In this document: piece by piece, positions 43,234 to 52,634 of the stretch
How the letters are laid out: each line of letters starts with the position of its first letter
Numbering within the stretch: the first letter of the stretch is position 1
DNA from: Methanoregula sp.
Lineage (GTDB): Archaea > Halobacteriota > Methanomicrobia > Methanomicrobiales > Methanospirillaceae
Length of the DNA stretch: 64,000 bases
Assembly (NCBI RefSeq): GCF_028679125.1
Contig: NZ_JAJRCG010000004.1
Location: 83,017 to 147,016 of the forward strand
Reading direction: 5' to 3'
Program-made: the position numbers and the translations under genes
Notes under the pieces: model-generated
The model's database searches: none
The model's input: the letters and a program-made list of their open reading frames with translations, nothing else
What the model was told of the DNA's origin: nothing

Positions 43234-43548
43234 GGTGATTAGGTAAAGTCCACCAAAAGTGCTATAAACCTGAAACAAAATTTTCATTACCGCTCTTGGG
43301 GGCTCCGGCAAGCCTCCGCCCCCGCCGCTCGGACATCCCCCGGTTGCGATAGTGCCGTATAACCTGTACCTGTGTGTGCCCCCAATTAAGGTAATGCCGA
43401 GGCATCGCTAATAGCGCCCCGTCCCCCTCGGGGGACTGGCGGCGCAAGAGGGGGGCTGTATTTTTGTGTTCTCTGGAGCGCAAATCTAAAAAAACCTGAA
43501 TTGGCTCAATACTAACCATGGGTTAGTGGTGGACTTTACCTAACCACT
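43234..43548. mobile_element. MITE-like element, 315 bp, with 22-bp imperfect terminal inverted repeats
   Basis: 43234-43255 GGTGATTAGGTAAAGTCCACCA versus the reverse complement of 43527-43548, AGTGGTTAGGTAAAGTCCACCA (20/22, inner 17 perfect); A8 run on the left and A7 on the right; no ORF. Confidence 0.6.
43298..43455 (+). repeat. Dispersed structured repeat, copy B
   Basis: GGGGGC..GCCCCC hairpin; GGACATCCCCCGGTTGCGAT...ATCGC; GCGCCCCGTCCCCC-TC-GGGGGACTGGCGGCGCAAGAGGGGGG. Confidence 0.88.
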
Positions 43549-43588
43549 AAAAAAATATTTCAAAAAATCCGGACTGCCGGACAGGATC

Positions 43589-45055
43589 TCATCTCTTCGA
43601 TCCCGCGGCTTTCTTCCGGTCCTTCTCCCGGTACCCTTCCAGCAGCACCGTAGCAATATTTTTCACCGGCTTATCGGTATGCCCGGCAATGTGGAACTCG
43701 CAGAACGGGCAGGAGGTGATGACGATATCCGCGCCGGTCTTTTTGATCTCTTCGCCCCGCCGTTTGCCAAGCGCCGCCGCCTCGTCAGGGTTGCCGGCCC
43801 GGACACCGCCTCCCGAGCCGCAGCAGATGGATGGCATCTCCACGAGATCCACGACCTGCCGGATCAATGCCCGGGGCTGGTCGCGGATGTCCTGTCCCCG
43901 CATGAGATGGCAGGGGTCGTGGTAGGTTGCCTTGATCGGGAGCCGTGCCGGGGGCTCGATGCCGTACCTGGTCAGGAGTTCGTTGATGTCGATGACCGCA
44001 AACGGGGTCTGGTAATCCTTCTTGAGCGTAGTGCCACAGCCGGCGCACATCGTGAGCACGGTGTCGATGCCCCGTGATTTGAACGTCTCGATATTGCGGC
44101 GCTTGAGCTCATCGATATACGCGAGATTCCCGGTCCGGATGAGCGGCGAGCCGCAGCAGACCTGCTCCTTGGGGATGATGACCCGGATGCCGTTCCTCCG
44201 CAGGACCTCCATGGCATCGAGCGCCGACTGCTGCTGCCGGAGATTGTACATGCAGCCGACAAAGAACCCGACCGTTGCCTTCACCGGGCCATCGGGTTCG
44301 ATGACACCCGGGACTTTCTCCAGGAACGATTCCGAAGTCCGGGGGATGCTCCGCCCGGTCTCCTGCACGAGTGCCGCGACCTCCATGTGCCGGGGCAGGG
44401 AGAGTCCCCGCTTGTTCGCGTGCGCCCGGAGTTTCTCGATCGCCTTTCCCGGTATCTCAATCGACTTCGGGCAGACCTTCCAGCAGGCCTGGCAGGTGGT
44501 ACAGAAGAAGAGGCCGTCCCGGATTGCATCCGGGATCCGGTCGCCGCTGTCCCGCGGGTCGAGCACGAGCCGCATCTCCTGCCGCATCGCGGTCGGGCCG
44601 ATGAACTTCGTCACGTCCACCGCGGGACAGACCGAGACGCACGAGAGACACTCGATGCAGTCCTTCAAGGGTTTTATCGCATCGATGTCGGCCTTCTTCG
44701 GGAGGACGACGTCCTTCTTCGGCAGCAGGGATGCGATCTGGTCGAGCCTCGGTATCAGGTCGGTCACGAGATCCTTCTTCACGGCAAGGTTCAGGGGCTC
44801 GATCGTGATCCGGTCCTTTGCCTCTTCCATGCAGGCAAGCACCGGCTCGCCGTTCACCCGCACCGCACAGCTCCCGCACTGGCCCGAAGCGCAGGAGTAA
44901 CGGTACGAGAGCGTGGGATCAAGGGTGTCGTGGATCGCGTGGAGCACGTGGAGGACCCGGGCACCGTCATTGACCTTCACGGTGTAGGACTCGACGTGCG
45001 GCCCGGTGTCCTTGTCCGGGTCAAACCGCCGGATCCGCACGGTCAGCTCCTTCAT
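43589..45055 (-). CDS. tfrB: Thiol:fumarate reductase (CoM/CoB) subunit B
   Basis: SCASGQCGSC 2Fe-2S, CIECLSC, CTTCQAC and two CCG domains. Confidence 0.94.
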   Translation of the reverse strand: MKELTVRIRRFDPDKDTGPHVESYTVKVNDGARVLHVLHAIHDTLDPTLSYRYSCASGQCGSCAVRVNGEPVLACMEEAKDRITIEPLNLAVKKDLVTDLIPRLDQIASLLPKKDVVLPKKADIDAIKPLKDCIECLSCVSVCPAVDVTKFIGPTAMRQEMRLVLDPRDSGDRIPDAIRDGLFFCTTCQACWKVCPKSIEIPGKAIEKLRAHANKRGLSLPRHMEVAALVQETGRSIPRTSESFLEKVPGVIEPDGPVKATVGFFVGCMYNLRQQQSALDAMEVLRRNGIRVIIPKEQVCCGSPLIRTGNLAYIDELKRRNIETFKSRGIDTVLTMCAGCGTTLKKDYQTPFAVIDINELLTRYGIEPPARLPIKATYHDPCHLMRGQDIRDQPRALIRQVVDLVEMPSICCGSGGGVRAGNPDEAAALGKRRGEEIKKTGADIVITSCPFCEFHIAGHTDKPVKNIATVLLEGYREKDRKKAAGSKR

Positions 45056-46680
45056 TGCTTCCCCTCCCGGATCTCGATTCCTTCACGTGCACGTGACAGG
45101 AACGTATGGCCGAAGGGCGAGTGCTCCGCATCATGGGTCTGGACGATATCGGTGCGGACGTGCGCCCCCCGGGACTCGGTGCGGAGCAGGGCGGCCCGGC
45201 AGATGAGCGAGGCGGTGAGGCACATGTTCTCCAGGATGCAGCACTCTGCAAGGTTCCGTGGCGATGCCGCCCTGATGCGGGAGGGGGCGAGCTGCTTTAC
45301 CAGTGCCAGCGTCTTTTCGAGATCGCCCGCGTTCCGGAAGATGCCGGCGCCTTCCCACATGGCGAGCTGGAGTTTCTTTCTGACCTGCGACGGGTTGATG
45401 GTGCCCGCGAGGAACCGGTTCAGCCGGTCCTGCTGTGCATCGACCTGCTGCTGGTCCACGATCTTCTTCCGCGGTGCGGCTTTCCCTGCCGACTCCCCGG
45501 CCCGTTTCCCGAAGACCTGCGTCTCGGCCAGGGCATTGCCGCCGAGCCGGTTGGCGCCATGCACGCTGCCGGATACTTCCCCGCAGGCAAAGAGCCCGGG
45601 CAGGGTAGTCCTGCACTCAGACGTGATCCGGAGGCCGCCCATGATGTGGTGGGCCGTGGGGGCCACTTCCATGGGGGTCGTGCGGATGTCCACGCCGAAC
45701 TTTTTGAACTGTTCGAGCATCACCGGGAGGCGGCTCTCGATCTGCTCGCGGGGCAGGTGCGTGACATCGAGGTATACCCCGCCATTCGGCGTTCCCCTCC
45801 CCTTGAGGATCTCGGTGGCGATCGCCCGTGCCACCACATCGCGGGTGGAGAGTTCCATCCGGGCCGGGTCATAGGTCTTCATGAACCGCTCGCCGTTCAC
45901 GTTCTTGAGAACCCCGCCTTCGCCCCGGACCGCCTCGGTCACGAGCCGTCCCCGGGCATCGTAGGGCTGTATCGCGCCGGTCGGGTGGAACTGGACCATC
46001 TCCATGTCGATCAGTTCCGCGCCGGCCCGGTAGCCCATCGCGTACCCGTCGCCCGTACCGCTCGACGAGTTGGTGGAGATATCGTAGACTTTTGTCCCCC
46101 CGCCCGTTGCAAGGATCGTGCTGTCCGCTTTGAGGAGGACAAGGCGGCCCTTCTCGTCCAGCGCCATGGCCCCGATGACCGCATCGCCATCTTTCAGCAG
46201 GTCGATGACCGTGTATTCCTGGAGGGTCTCGACATCCGTTGCAGCGAGACGGTCAACAAGCGTCATCATCATCTCGTGGCCGGTCCGGTCGCCCGCATAA
46301 CAGGTCCGGGGGAACCGCTGGCCCCCGAACGGGCGCTGGGCAACTTCATCAGCATCCGTGAAATCGAAGACCGCACCCCACTTCACGAGATCGCCCATGC
46401 GCAGGGGCGCTTCTTTCGTCAGGATGTCCACGAGCTCCGGGTCGTTGAGGTATGCTCCGCCTTTCAGCGTGTCCTCGTAATGGCCCCCGCACGAGTCCAG
46501 TTCCCGCAGGACCGCGTTGTATCCGCCTTCCGCCATCGTGGTGCACCCTCCCTTCCCCACGATGGTCTTGGAGATGAGGACGGTCTTTCCAAACTGCGAC
46601 GCCTCGATCGCTGCGCGGACGCCTGCACCTCCGCTCCCGATCACGAGCACGTGGCAGTCACAAACCTCATCTGCAAGCAT
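45052..46680 (-). CDS. tfrA: Thiol:fumarate reductase (CoM/CoB) subunit A
   Basis: IGSGGAG FAD motif, QFHPTG, TEAVRGEGG, HHIMGG, HGANRLGGN. Confidence 0.95.
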   Translation of the reverse strand: MLADEVCDCHVLVIGSGGAGVRAAIEASQFGKTVLISKTIVGKGGCTTMAEGGYNAVLRELDSCGGHYEDTLKGGAYLNDPELVDILTKEAPLRMGDLVKWGAVFDFTDADEVAQRPFGGQRFPRTCYAGDRTGHEMMMTLVDRLAATDVETLQEYTVIDLLKDGDAVIGAMALDEKGRLVLLKADSTILATGGGTKVYDISTNSSSGTGDGYAMGYRAGAELIDMEMVQFHPTGAIQPYDARGRLVTEAVRGEGGVLKNVNGERFMKTYDPARMELSTRDVVARAIATEILKGRGTPNGGVYLDVTHLPREQIESRLPVMLEQFKKFGVDIRTTPMEVAPTAHHIMGGLRITSECRTTLPGLFACGEVSGSVHGANRLGGNALAETQVFGKRAGESAGKAAPRKKIVDQQQVDAQQDRLNRFLAGTINPSQVRKKLQLAMWEGAGIFRNAGDLEKTLALVKQLAPSRIRAASPRNLAECCILENMCLTASLICRAALLRTESRGAHVRTDIVQTHDAEHSPFGHTFLSRAREGIEIREGKQ

Positions 46681-46754
46681 CTTATTATTTTGTGGTCGTA
46701 TAGGTACATAAATAAATGGCACGTCAATTGGCACGGCCGAAAGTGAGAGTGAGC

Positions 46755-48155
46755 ATGAAATATCTGATGAAGTTCGGTGGGACATCGGTTGCCGATGCCC
46801 AGTGTATCCAGCGTGTTGTCGATATCCTGGAGAAACACCGCAAAGCAGGAGACGAACTCGCCGTTGTCGTTTCGGCACAGCGTGGCGTGACCGACCAGCT
46901 CATCGCGGTCGCGACCGCCCTTCCCACCGCAAAGGACAACTCCGCCATCGCCCCCCTGATCCAGTCGCTTTCCAAGCGCCACATCACGACCCTCGAAGGG
47001 GCAGCCCCCGATTACGTTGCAGAGGTCGGGGCGGATATGGAGGAGCACCTCATCAGGCTCCAGAACATCCTCAATGCGATCTACAACCTGCGGGAACTCA
47101 CTCCCCGCTCGAAGGACTATATCATCTCGTTCGGCGAACGGCTCCTCGCCCCCATCCTCTCGGCCGCCCTGCGCCAGCGGGGTATCCCCTCGTCCGTGAT
47201 GGACGGGTGCGAAGCCGGCATCCTCACCACCGCACAGCACGGGGAGTCAACGTCCCTTCCGGACAGCGACGAGCGGATCAAGCGCCGTGTCGGCCCCCTG
47301 CTCGGGAAGGAGATCCCGGTGATCATGGGGTTCATGGGCTGCACCCGGGACGGGATCCTCACCACGCTCGGCAGGAGCGGCTCGGACTACTCCGCCTCCA
47401 TCATCGGCGCGGGAATCGATGCGGACGAGATCTGGATCTGGACCGATGTGGACGGGATCATGACCTGCGACCCCCGGGTGATCAACGATGCCCGCGTGAT
47501 GACCTCGCTCTCGTACCTGGAGGTGATGGAGCTCTCGTACTTCGGTGCGAAGGTGATGCACCCCCGCTCGATCGAGCCGGCAATGCGGAAGAACATCCTG
47601 GTCCGAGTCAAGAACACCTTCAACCCCACCCACCCGGGCACGGTGATCGTAAAGAACGGCAAGCGGGACAACCGCGTAGTCAAGGCCCTCACGTACATCG
47701 ACAAGGTCTCGGCGATCAACATCAACGGCGCCCAGATGATCGGCAGGCCCGGCGTGGCAAAAGCGATCTTCACGATCCTTGCCGACAACGAGGTGAACGT
47801 GCTGATGATCTCGCAGGGTTCGAGCGAGGCGAACATCTCGCTGATCGTTGACGAGACCCATGTCGCTGCCGCGGTAAAAGCTCTCGAAGAGCTGAAGAAG
47901 AAGTGCGTTGTCCGCGAAGTCTCGCACAACAATGATGTCTGTGCGGTCGCCGTGGTCGGGGCCGGTATGGCAGGGGCGCCTGGCACCGGTGGGCGAATCT
48001 TTACGGCACTCGGGAAAGCGGGTGTCAACGTGATGATGATCTCTCAAGGGTCGAGCGAAGCGAACATCTCGTTTGTCGTGAGCCAGAACGACGGCCCGCG
48101 GGCGGTCCGGGTGCTCCACGACGAGTTCCATCTCTCGGAGGAAAGCGATGAGTAA
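46755..48155 (+). CDS. lysC: Aspartate kinase
   Basis: MKFGGTSV, TLGRSGSDYSA, WTDVDG, two ACT domains. Confidence 0.96.
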   Translation: MKYLMKFGGTSVADAQCIQRVVDILEKHRKAGDELAVVVSAQRGVTDQLIAVATALPTAKDNSAIAPLIQSLSKRHITTLEGAAPDYVAEVGADMEEHLIRLQNILNAIYNLRELTPRSKDYIISFGERLLAPILSAALRQRGIPSSVMDGCEAGILTTAQHGESTSLPDSDERIKRRVGPLLGKEIPVIMGFMGCTRDGILTTLGRSGSDYSASIIGAGIDADEIWIWTDVDGIMTCDPRVINDARVMTSLSYLEVMELSYFGAKVMHPRSIEPAMRKNILVRVKNTFNPTHPGTVIVKNGKRDNRVVKALTYIDKVSAININGAQMIGRPGVAKAIFTILADNEVNVLMISQGSSEANISLIVDETHVAAAVKALEELKKKCVVREVSHNNDVCAVAVVGAGMAGAPGTGGRIFTALGKAGVNVMMISQGSSEANISFVVSQNDGPRAVRVLHDEFHLSEESDE

Positions 48156-49197
48156 GACCATGGCAAAGAAACCTGCTGCAAAGAAAATGCCGGTAAAGAG
48201 ACCGGCAGCGAAGAGCGCCTATGCCCGGGCCGGTGTGGATATCGATCTCGAAGCAACGGCGATCAGGGCCCTGATAAAGAACCTCAGCTACAGGCGGAAG
48301 GGGAAGGCGAAGATGATGGGCGCGGTCGGCCACTTCGCCGGCCTGATAGATTTCGGGGAGCAGGCCCTTGCCCTGACCACGGACGGCGTGGGCACGAAGA
48401 TGCTCGTTGCCGATCAGCAGCAGGACTGGAGCACGGTCGGGATCGACTGCATTGCGATGAACGTGAACGATCTCTACGTGATGAACGTAGAGCCGATCGC
48501 GTTTGTCGACTACATTGCGACCGACAAGCTCTCCATCGACAAGATGGCCCAGATCGGGATCGGGCTGAACGAGGGCGCAAAGCAGGCGAACATCGATATC
48601 GTTGGCGGGGAGACCGCGTCCCTCAGGGGGCTCGTGAACGGCCTCGACCTTGCCGGCACCTGTTTCGGGATGCAGAAGAAGGATAAGATCATTTCTGGCG
48701 ACAAGATCAAGCCCGGAGAGAAGATCATCGGCGTCCCGTCAACGGGTGTTCACAGCAACGGCCTCTCGCTCGCCCGGAGTGTTGTCGAGAAGTACGCGGG
48801 CTACGACAAGAAGTTTGTGGGAAAGAAGACCTTCGGGCAGGAACTCCTCACCCCGACCCGGATCTATGCCGAGAGCCTGAAGGTCGCAGCGACCTGCACG
48901 GTGCACGGCATGTGCCATGTCACCGGTGGCGGGCTGCTCAACTTCAACCGGCTCAGCAAGCACGGGTTCCGGTTCGATTCGCCCATCACCCCGCCCGCCA
49001 TCTTCGGCTGGATCCAGAAGGCCGGGGATATTTCTGCGGTCGAGATGTACCGCACCTTCAACATGGGCATGGGGTATGCGTATGTGGTGCCGAAAGCGAG
49101 TGTGGCGTGCGTGCTGAAGATGGTGCCCGGAGCTCAGATAGTTGGGGAAGTCGTGAAGGAGCCCGGGGCGTTTTTGGGCGATCTTGAGATAACATAA
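48148..49197 (+). CDS. purM: Phosphoribosylformylglycinamidine cyclo-ligase
   Basis: YARAGVD, TDGVGTK, GGETA, STGVHSNG, TFNMG. Confidence 0.97.
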   Translation: MSKTMAKKPAAKKMPVKRPAAKSAYARAGVDIDLEATAIRALIKNLSYRRKGKAKMMGAVGHFAGLIDFGEQALALTTDGVGTKMLVADQQQDWSTVGIDCIAMNVNDLYVMNVEPIAFVDYIATDKLSIDKMAQIGIGLNEGAKQANIDIVGGETASLRGLVNGLDLAGTCFGMQKKDKIISGDKIKPGEKIIGVPSTGVHSNGLSLARSVVEKYAGYDKKFVGKKTFGQELLTPTRIYAESLKVAATCTVHGMCHVTGGGLLNFNRLSKHGFRFDSPITPPAIFGWIQKAGDISAVEMYRTFNMGMGYAYVVPKASVACVLKMVPGAQIVGEVVKEPGAFLGDLEIT

Positions 49198-49308
49198 CCG
49201 AACGATCTTTTTTTAATCCCTTTTGGTATACTGCGTGGACCCGGCCGAAGGAGGCAACTCTTCAGATCGCAACGAATTCATACGAGAAACGAGAGAAGAT
49301 TCTCACTC

Positions 49309-49797
49309 ATGGTAGAATTTTCCCCGGTCAAGGACACCGATCTGGCAGCGATCCTGGAGATCTATAATCACTATATCCTGAATTCAACCGCGACATTTCA
49401 CAGCGAGAAATTGTCCAGAAAAGATCTGAAAGAATTTCTCTTCATCTCCCATCCGAAATATCCATCATTTCTGATAAAGGATAATGACGAGACGATCGGG
49501 TATTGTTTTTTGACCCAGTACAAAAAGCGGCAGTCATACGACCGGTCTGCTGAACTGAGTATCTACCTGAAACCGGAATTCACCGGCAAAGGTATCGGCC
49601 CGGCTGCCCTGGGCCATCTTGAGGCAGCCGCAAAAAAGGCCGACATTCATGTGCTGGTCGGGACCATCTGCGGGGAAAACCAAGCAAGTATCCGGCTGAT
49701 GGAAAGGGCCGGCTTTTCGAAGTGTGCCCACCTGAAAAACATCGGTGAAAAATTCGGAAAGGTTCTCGATGTCGTGGTGTACCAGAAAGAGATCTGA
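49309..49797 (+). CDS. GNAT N-acetyltransferase (YncA/Pat-like)
   Basis: EIYNHYI..TATF, SIYLKPEFTGKGIG, KFGKVLDV. Confidence 0.9.
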   Translation: MVEFSPVKDTDLAAILEIYNHYILNSTATFHSEKLSRKDLKEFLFISHPKYPSFLIKDNDETIGYCFLTQYKKRQSYDRSAELSIYLKPEFTGKGIGPAALGHLEAAAKKADIHVLVGTICGENQASIRLMERAGFSKCAHLKNIGEKFGKVLDVVVYQKEI

Positions 49798-49817
49798 ATT
49801 CCCATTAATTGAGAAAA

Positions 49818-50228
49818 TTATTTTCCGGTCCTTGTTTTCCCTGCTTCATCCGCCACAACCCCAGCCGCGATCACCATGGCCGGAATTACAAGATATCTCA
49901 AACCGATCTGCGCTGCATAATCCGGCAGCGTCATCCCCAGCAGCCCGACGAGCACGATCAGATCCAGCACCCAGTTGGCGAGCAGCCAGACCATGCCGGT
50001 GACAACCGCCTCGCGTGTGTAATTCTTTTCAACCGGCCGGAAGCACCAGATGATCAGGATCGCGGCCGTGATCGATCCGACCACGATCATCAGCGACTTG
50101 AAGAGCTGTTGGTCGATGAGCAGCCCGTCTTTTCCATAGAACGGGATGGCGCAGACGAACGGGATGAGCCAGGTCAGGAAGGCGCCGATGAGACGGCGGC
50201 GCCAGATCGTATCGAATGTGAATGACAA
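49818..50228 (-). CDS. Small 4-TM hypothetical membrane protein
   Basis: Four hydrophobic segments and GC-rich codon usage. Confidence 0.7.
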   Translation of the reverse strand: MSFTFDTIWRRRLIGAFLTWLIPFVCAIPFYGKDGLLIDQQLFKSLMIVVGSITAAILIIWCFRPVEKNYTREAVVTGMVWLLANWVLDLIVLVGLLGMTLPDYAAQIGLRYLVIPAMVIAAGVVADEAGKTRTGK

Positions 50229-50325
50229 GAGGAAACACCTGTGCTCAATTTCTCACCCTGCCGGACGATGAAGATGGAGGATTCGATCCGGAGCAATCGG
50301 ATCGTTGTTGAAAATTTTTCATTAC

Positions 50326-50598
50326 GATCACGATGGCAATTGAAAATTTTTTCCGGATCGATCGAACCCTGATGAAATTTTTTTCAGCAGACTTTGATGA
50401 AAATTTTCGGTCGGATCTCGATGTGCCATTCAAAAAGATCTTTGACGCTCCCGGGGCCTTTGCCCCCGCCGCGTGGGCGTCCCCCGGTTGCGATGATGCC
50501 GCATTACCCGGATACCATTTTGTAAAATATACGGAACAGGTAATTCCGGGACATCGCAAGCGCCCACGCCCCCTCGGGGCGGGCTGGCGCAAGGGGGG
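50326..50598 (+). repeat. Dispersed structured repeat, copy C (left segment plus core)
   Basis: Left segment GATCAC..ATTGAAAAT..CCGG..ACCCTGATGAAA; core GGGGC-CTTT-GCCCC, TTGCGATG/CATCGCAA and GCGCC..GGCGC AAGGGGGG. Confidence 0.88.
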
Positions 50599-50755
50599 CG
50601 GATCTCCCTCGAAAGAATCTCCCACCGTCGAAAGACCCGATCCGGACCCCCTGTTTCTGTCCGAAATCAAGACCCCGGTCCATCCTAGCCTGAGTTATGC
50701 CCCTGTATTAGCGCTATTTGCGGATCATTTTTTACGACGTGAAAATGGTGAAAAA

Positions 50756-50816
50756 AGGGTACTTAGTCCCTCATTTTTCCGAATTAGGCCCTCATTTTAG
50801 GGTACTTAGTCCCTCA
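50756..50816 (+). repeat. 18-bp direct repeat AGGGTACTTAGTCCCTCA x2 with a partial copy between
   Basis: Exact copies at 50756-50773 and 50799-50816; TTAGGCCCTCATTTT at 50784-50798. Confidence 0.8.
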
Positions 50817-51359
50817 CCTCTTTTCGGCAGGGGGATTCTCCGACGGTGATTCTCCAGAACAAAGGGGTGGGGATGCACCCTCTGAAAGGGGTATTTCTAC
50901 CGACGGTGGGATCATGCCTCTGTCGGATCCCCCGACCCCGGTTCCCTCCCCTCCATTCCGGGTAACCGGTACTTCAGCTGTACCGGCATTCCCGTTAGCC
51001 GGGCCGGCAGTTCCCGGCTCACCGCTCTGCTGGATCTCTTCGAGCCCCGCAGTGGTCAACCGGAAGAAGCGGTAGGTCCCGTGCTTGGAGTAGACCCAGA
51101 GTTCCAGCCGGATCTGTTGCGATGGCGGGAACAGCCGGAGCTCGGCAATCATCCTGCGGCACACGAACTCGATCTCGCTCGCCGGCGCAACAATCTTTTC
51201 AATGCGCATGACCCGGACAAAGATCACGAGCATCACGGCCCGGATAAAAAAATCGCAGACACTGTCATGAGCGTACGTGACCCGCATTACGCAGCCGCGT
51301 TTCCGTGCAATCGCGACAGCATCATTGATGCCCCGCGTTGCCGGCCGGCCGCGGTTCAT
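50814..51359 (-). CDS. Hypothetical protein, putative Hjc/PD-(D/E)XK-like fold; paralog of 14887..15402
   Basis: 38/113 ungapped identities to the 14887..15402 product; CDFFI then VIFVRVMR; Gly/Pro-rich tail. Confidence 0.8.
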   Translation of the reverse strand: MNRGRPATRGINDAVAIARKRGCVMRVTYAHDSVCDFFIRAVMLVIFVRVMRIEKIVAPASEIEFVCRRMIAELRLFPPSQQIRLELWVYSKHGTYRFFRLTTAGLEEIQQSGEPGTAGPANGNAGTAEVPVTRNGGEGTGVGGSDRGMIPPSVEIPLSEGASPPLCSGESPSENPPAEKR

Positions 51360-51515
51360 GGATGGGGCCTCTGTGGTTTGCTGGTGTTGATCATGGGGAG
51401 TGCTCCTGTGACGGGTGGCTGCGTGAATCAGTGATCGTGCCGGAAAATTTCATTGTGAGCGTAAGATATTGTATTATTTATTTTCGTAAGATAGATTTGG
51501 TTGGATCAATAACGT

Positions 51516-51567
51516 GATCAGAATCGCGATTGAAAATGTGAGCCGGTTTTACCAGACCTTGATGAAA
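51516..51567 (+). repeat. Isolated left segment of the dispersed repeat
   Basis: Ungapped match to 50326-50377, about 37/52 nt (GATCA..AT.GC.ATTGAAAAT.....CCGG.........ACC.TGATGAAA). Confidence 0.7.
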
Positions 51568-51624
51568 GATTTGAGCGGCGGAGGTGAAGTTCGAGAGGGT
51601 GTAAAAAATATTTGAATATTTCAA

Positions 51625-52479
51625 TCACTTATTTTGTTCTAATAAAAATCCAAGAGACAATCCTAACGTTTCAGATAATCCACCATTGACTAATTGAAAG
51701 AAAAACATTTTCTCTCTTCCATCTTTCTGAATTTCAACTCCATTATCATAGCAATTATAAGAAATAATTTTATTAAGTGGGATATTGGTTCCCTTTTGGC
51801 CGATAACCGGATGAAAAATTAATCTGGTATTTGTTAAAATTAGGTGTCCTCTTGATTTTTCGACTAATCTATCTTCTTTAACCATATGTCCTCGATAAGC
51901 CCCCACGCGATAACTTACTCCTTTTGCTACACGGAAAGAAAATCCATGTGATCCGCCAACATATCCAAGGTTAACAGATTTCATCTCTTTCCAAAAGGCA
52001 GTTGTAGCAAAATGTGCGGTCTCATTTTTCTTCAATACAATGGAGGCTGAATCTCCTTCAAAATGGACTACTGGGAGCTTTCCTTCATTTCGAATCATGT
52101 AAACATATTGATATGGGAGAATACGTTCATCATACTTGACATCCTCATTTGACAGATTCAATTGTTTTTGATAAGTGATCAGAGATTCAAGTTCGCCTTT
52201 GTCCAATTCTTTATCATTAGAAAAATTTTCCCATATTTCAGAAAAAATGCGTATTTGATCAGATTTGTGTGATTTCTTTAAAAAATCCATTTCAGGATCG
52301 GTAAGCGTTTTAGTATCAATAATTGTGTTTTTGATTCTAGTCAAATCACTCTGATATTGTGCTTCAATTTTTGCCCGTTCCGCTTTTTCTTTTGCCAAAC
52401 AGGTATCACAAAGTTCTCTTCTTGAGAATCGTTGAAAAAAAGAAAATGGTGTACCACAATTTTTACAGAAGTTTGACAT
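51625..52479 (-). CDS. AT-rich hypothetical protein: N-terminal Zn ribbon, C-terminal PH-like domain (inferred)
   Basis: CKNC..CDTC; GGSHGFSFRVAKGVSYRVG..GHLILTNTRLIF..IPLNKI; low GC. Confidence 0.8.
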   Translation of the reverse strand: MSNFCKNCGTPFSFFQRFSRRELCDTCLAKEKAERAKIEAQYQSDLTRIKNTIIDTKTLTDPEMDFLKKSHKSDQIRIFSEIWENFSNDKELDKGELESLITYQKQLNLSNEDVKYDERILPYQYVYMIRNEGKLPVVHFEGDSASIVLKKNETAHFATTAFWKEMKSVNLGYVGGSHGFSFRVAKGVSYRVGAYRGHMVKEDRLVEKSRGHLILTNTRLIFHPVIGQKGTNIPLNKIISYNCYDNGVEIQKDGREKMFFFQLVNGGLSETLGLSLGFLLEQNK

Positions 52480-52634
52480 TTCTAAACCTCTATTTATTAT
52501 AATGTCTAATTTTGATTGATGCTATAATATTTTTACTAATTTTATCGCAATCCCGTTAGAATCACAAATTGTGAGTAAAATTGCTCTCGCAATAGACGCG
52601 GCTAAAAATTTTAAGGGGATGTATTACGTTCTTT

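Noticed and set aside
42690-43519. Short ORFs in the trxR-tfrB gap
   Set aside because: Mutually overlapping, no motifs, and they lie over repeats and TIRs
50245-50800. ORFs 50333..50800 (+) and 50245..50670 (-)
   Set aside because: They translate repeat copy C and its flanks; the similarity to other loci is at DNA/structure level, with indels that break the frame
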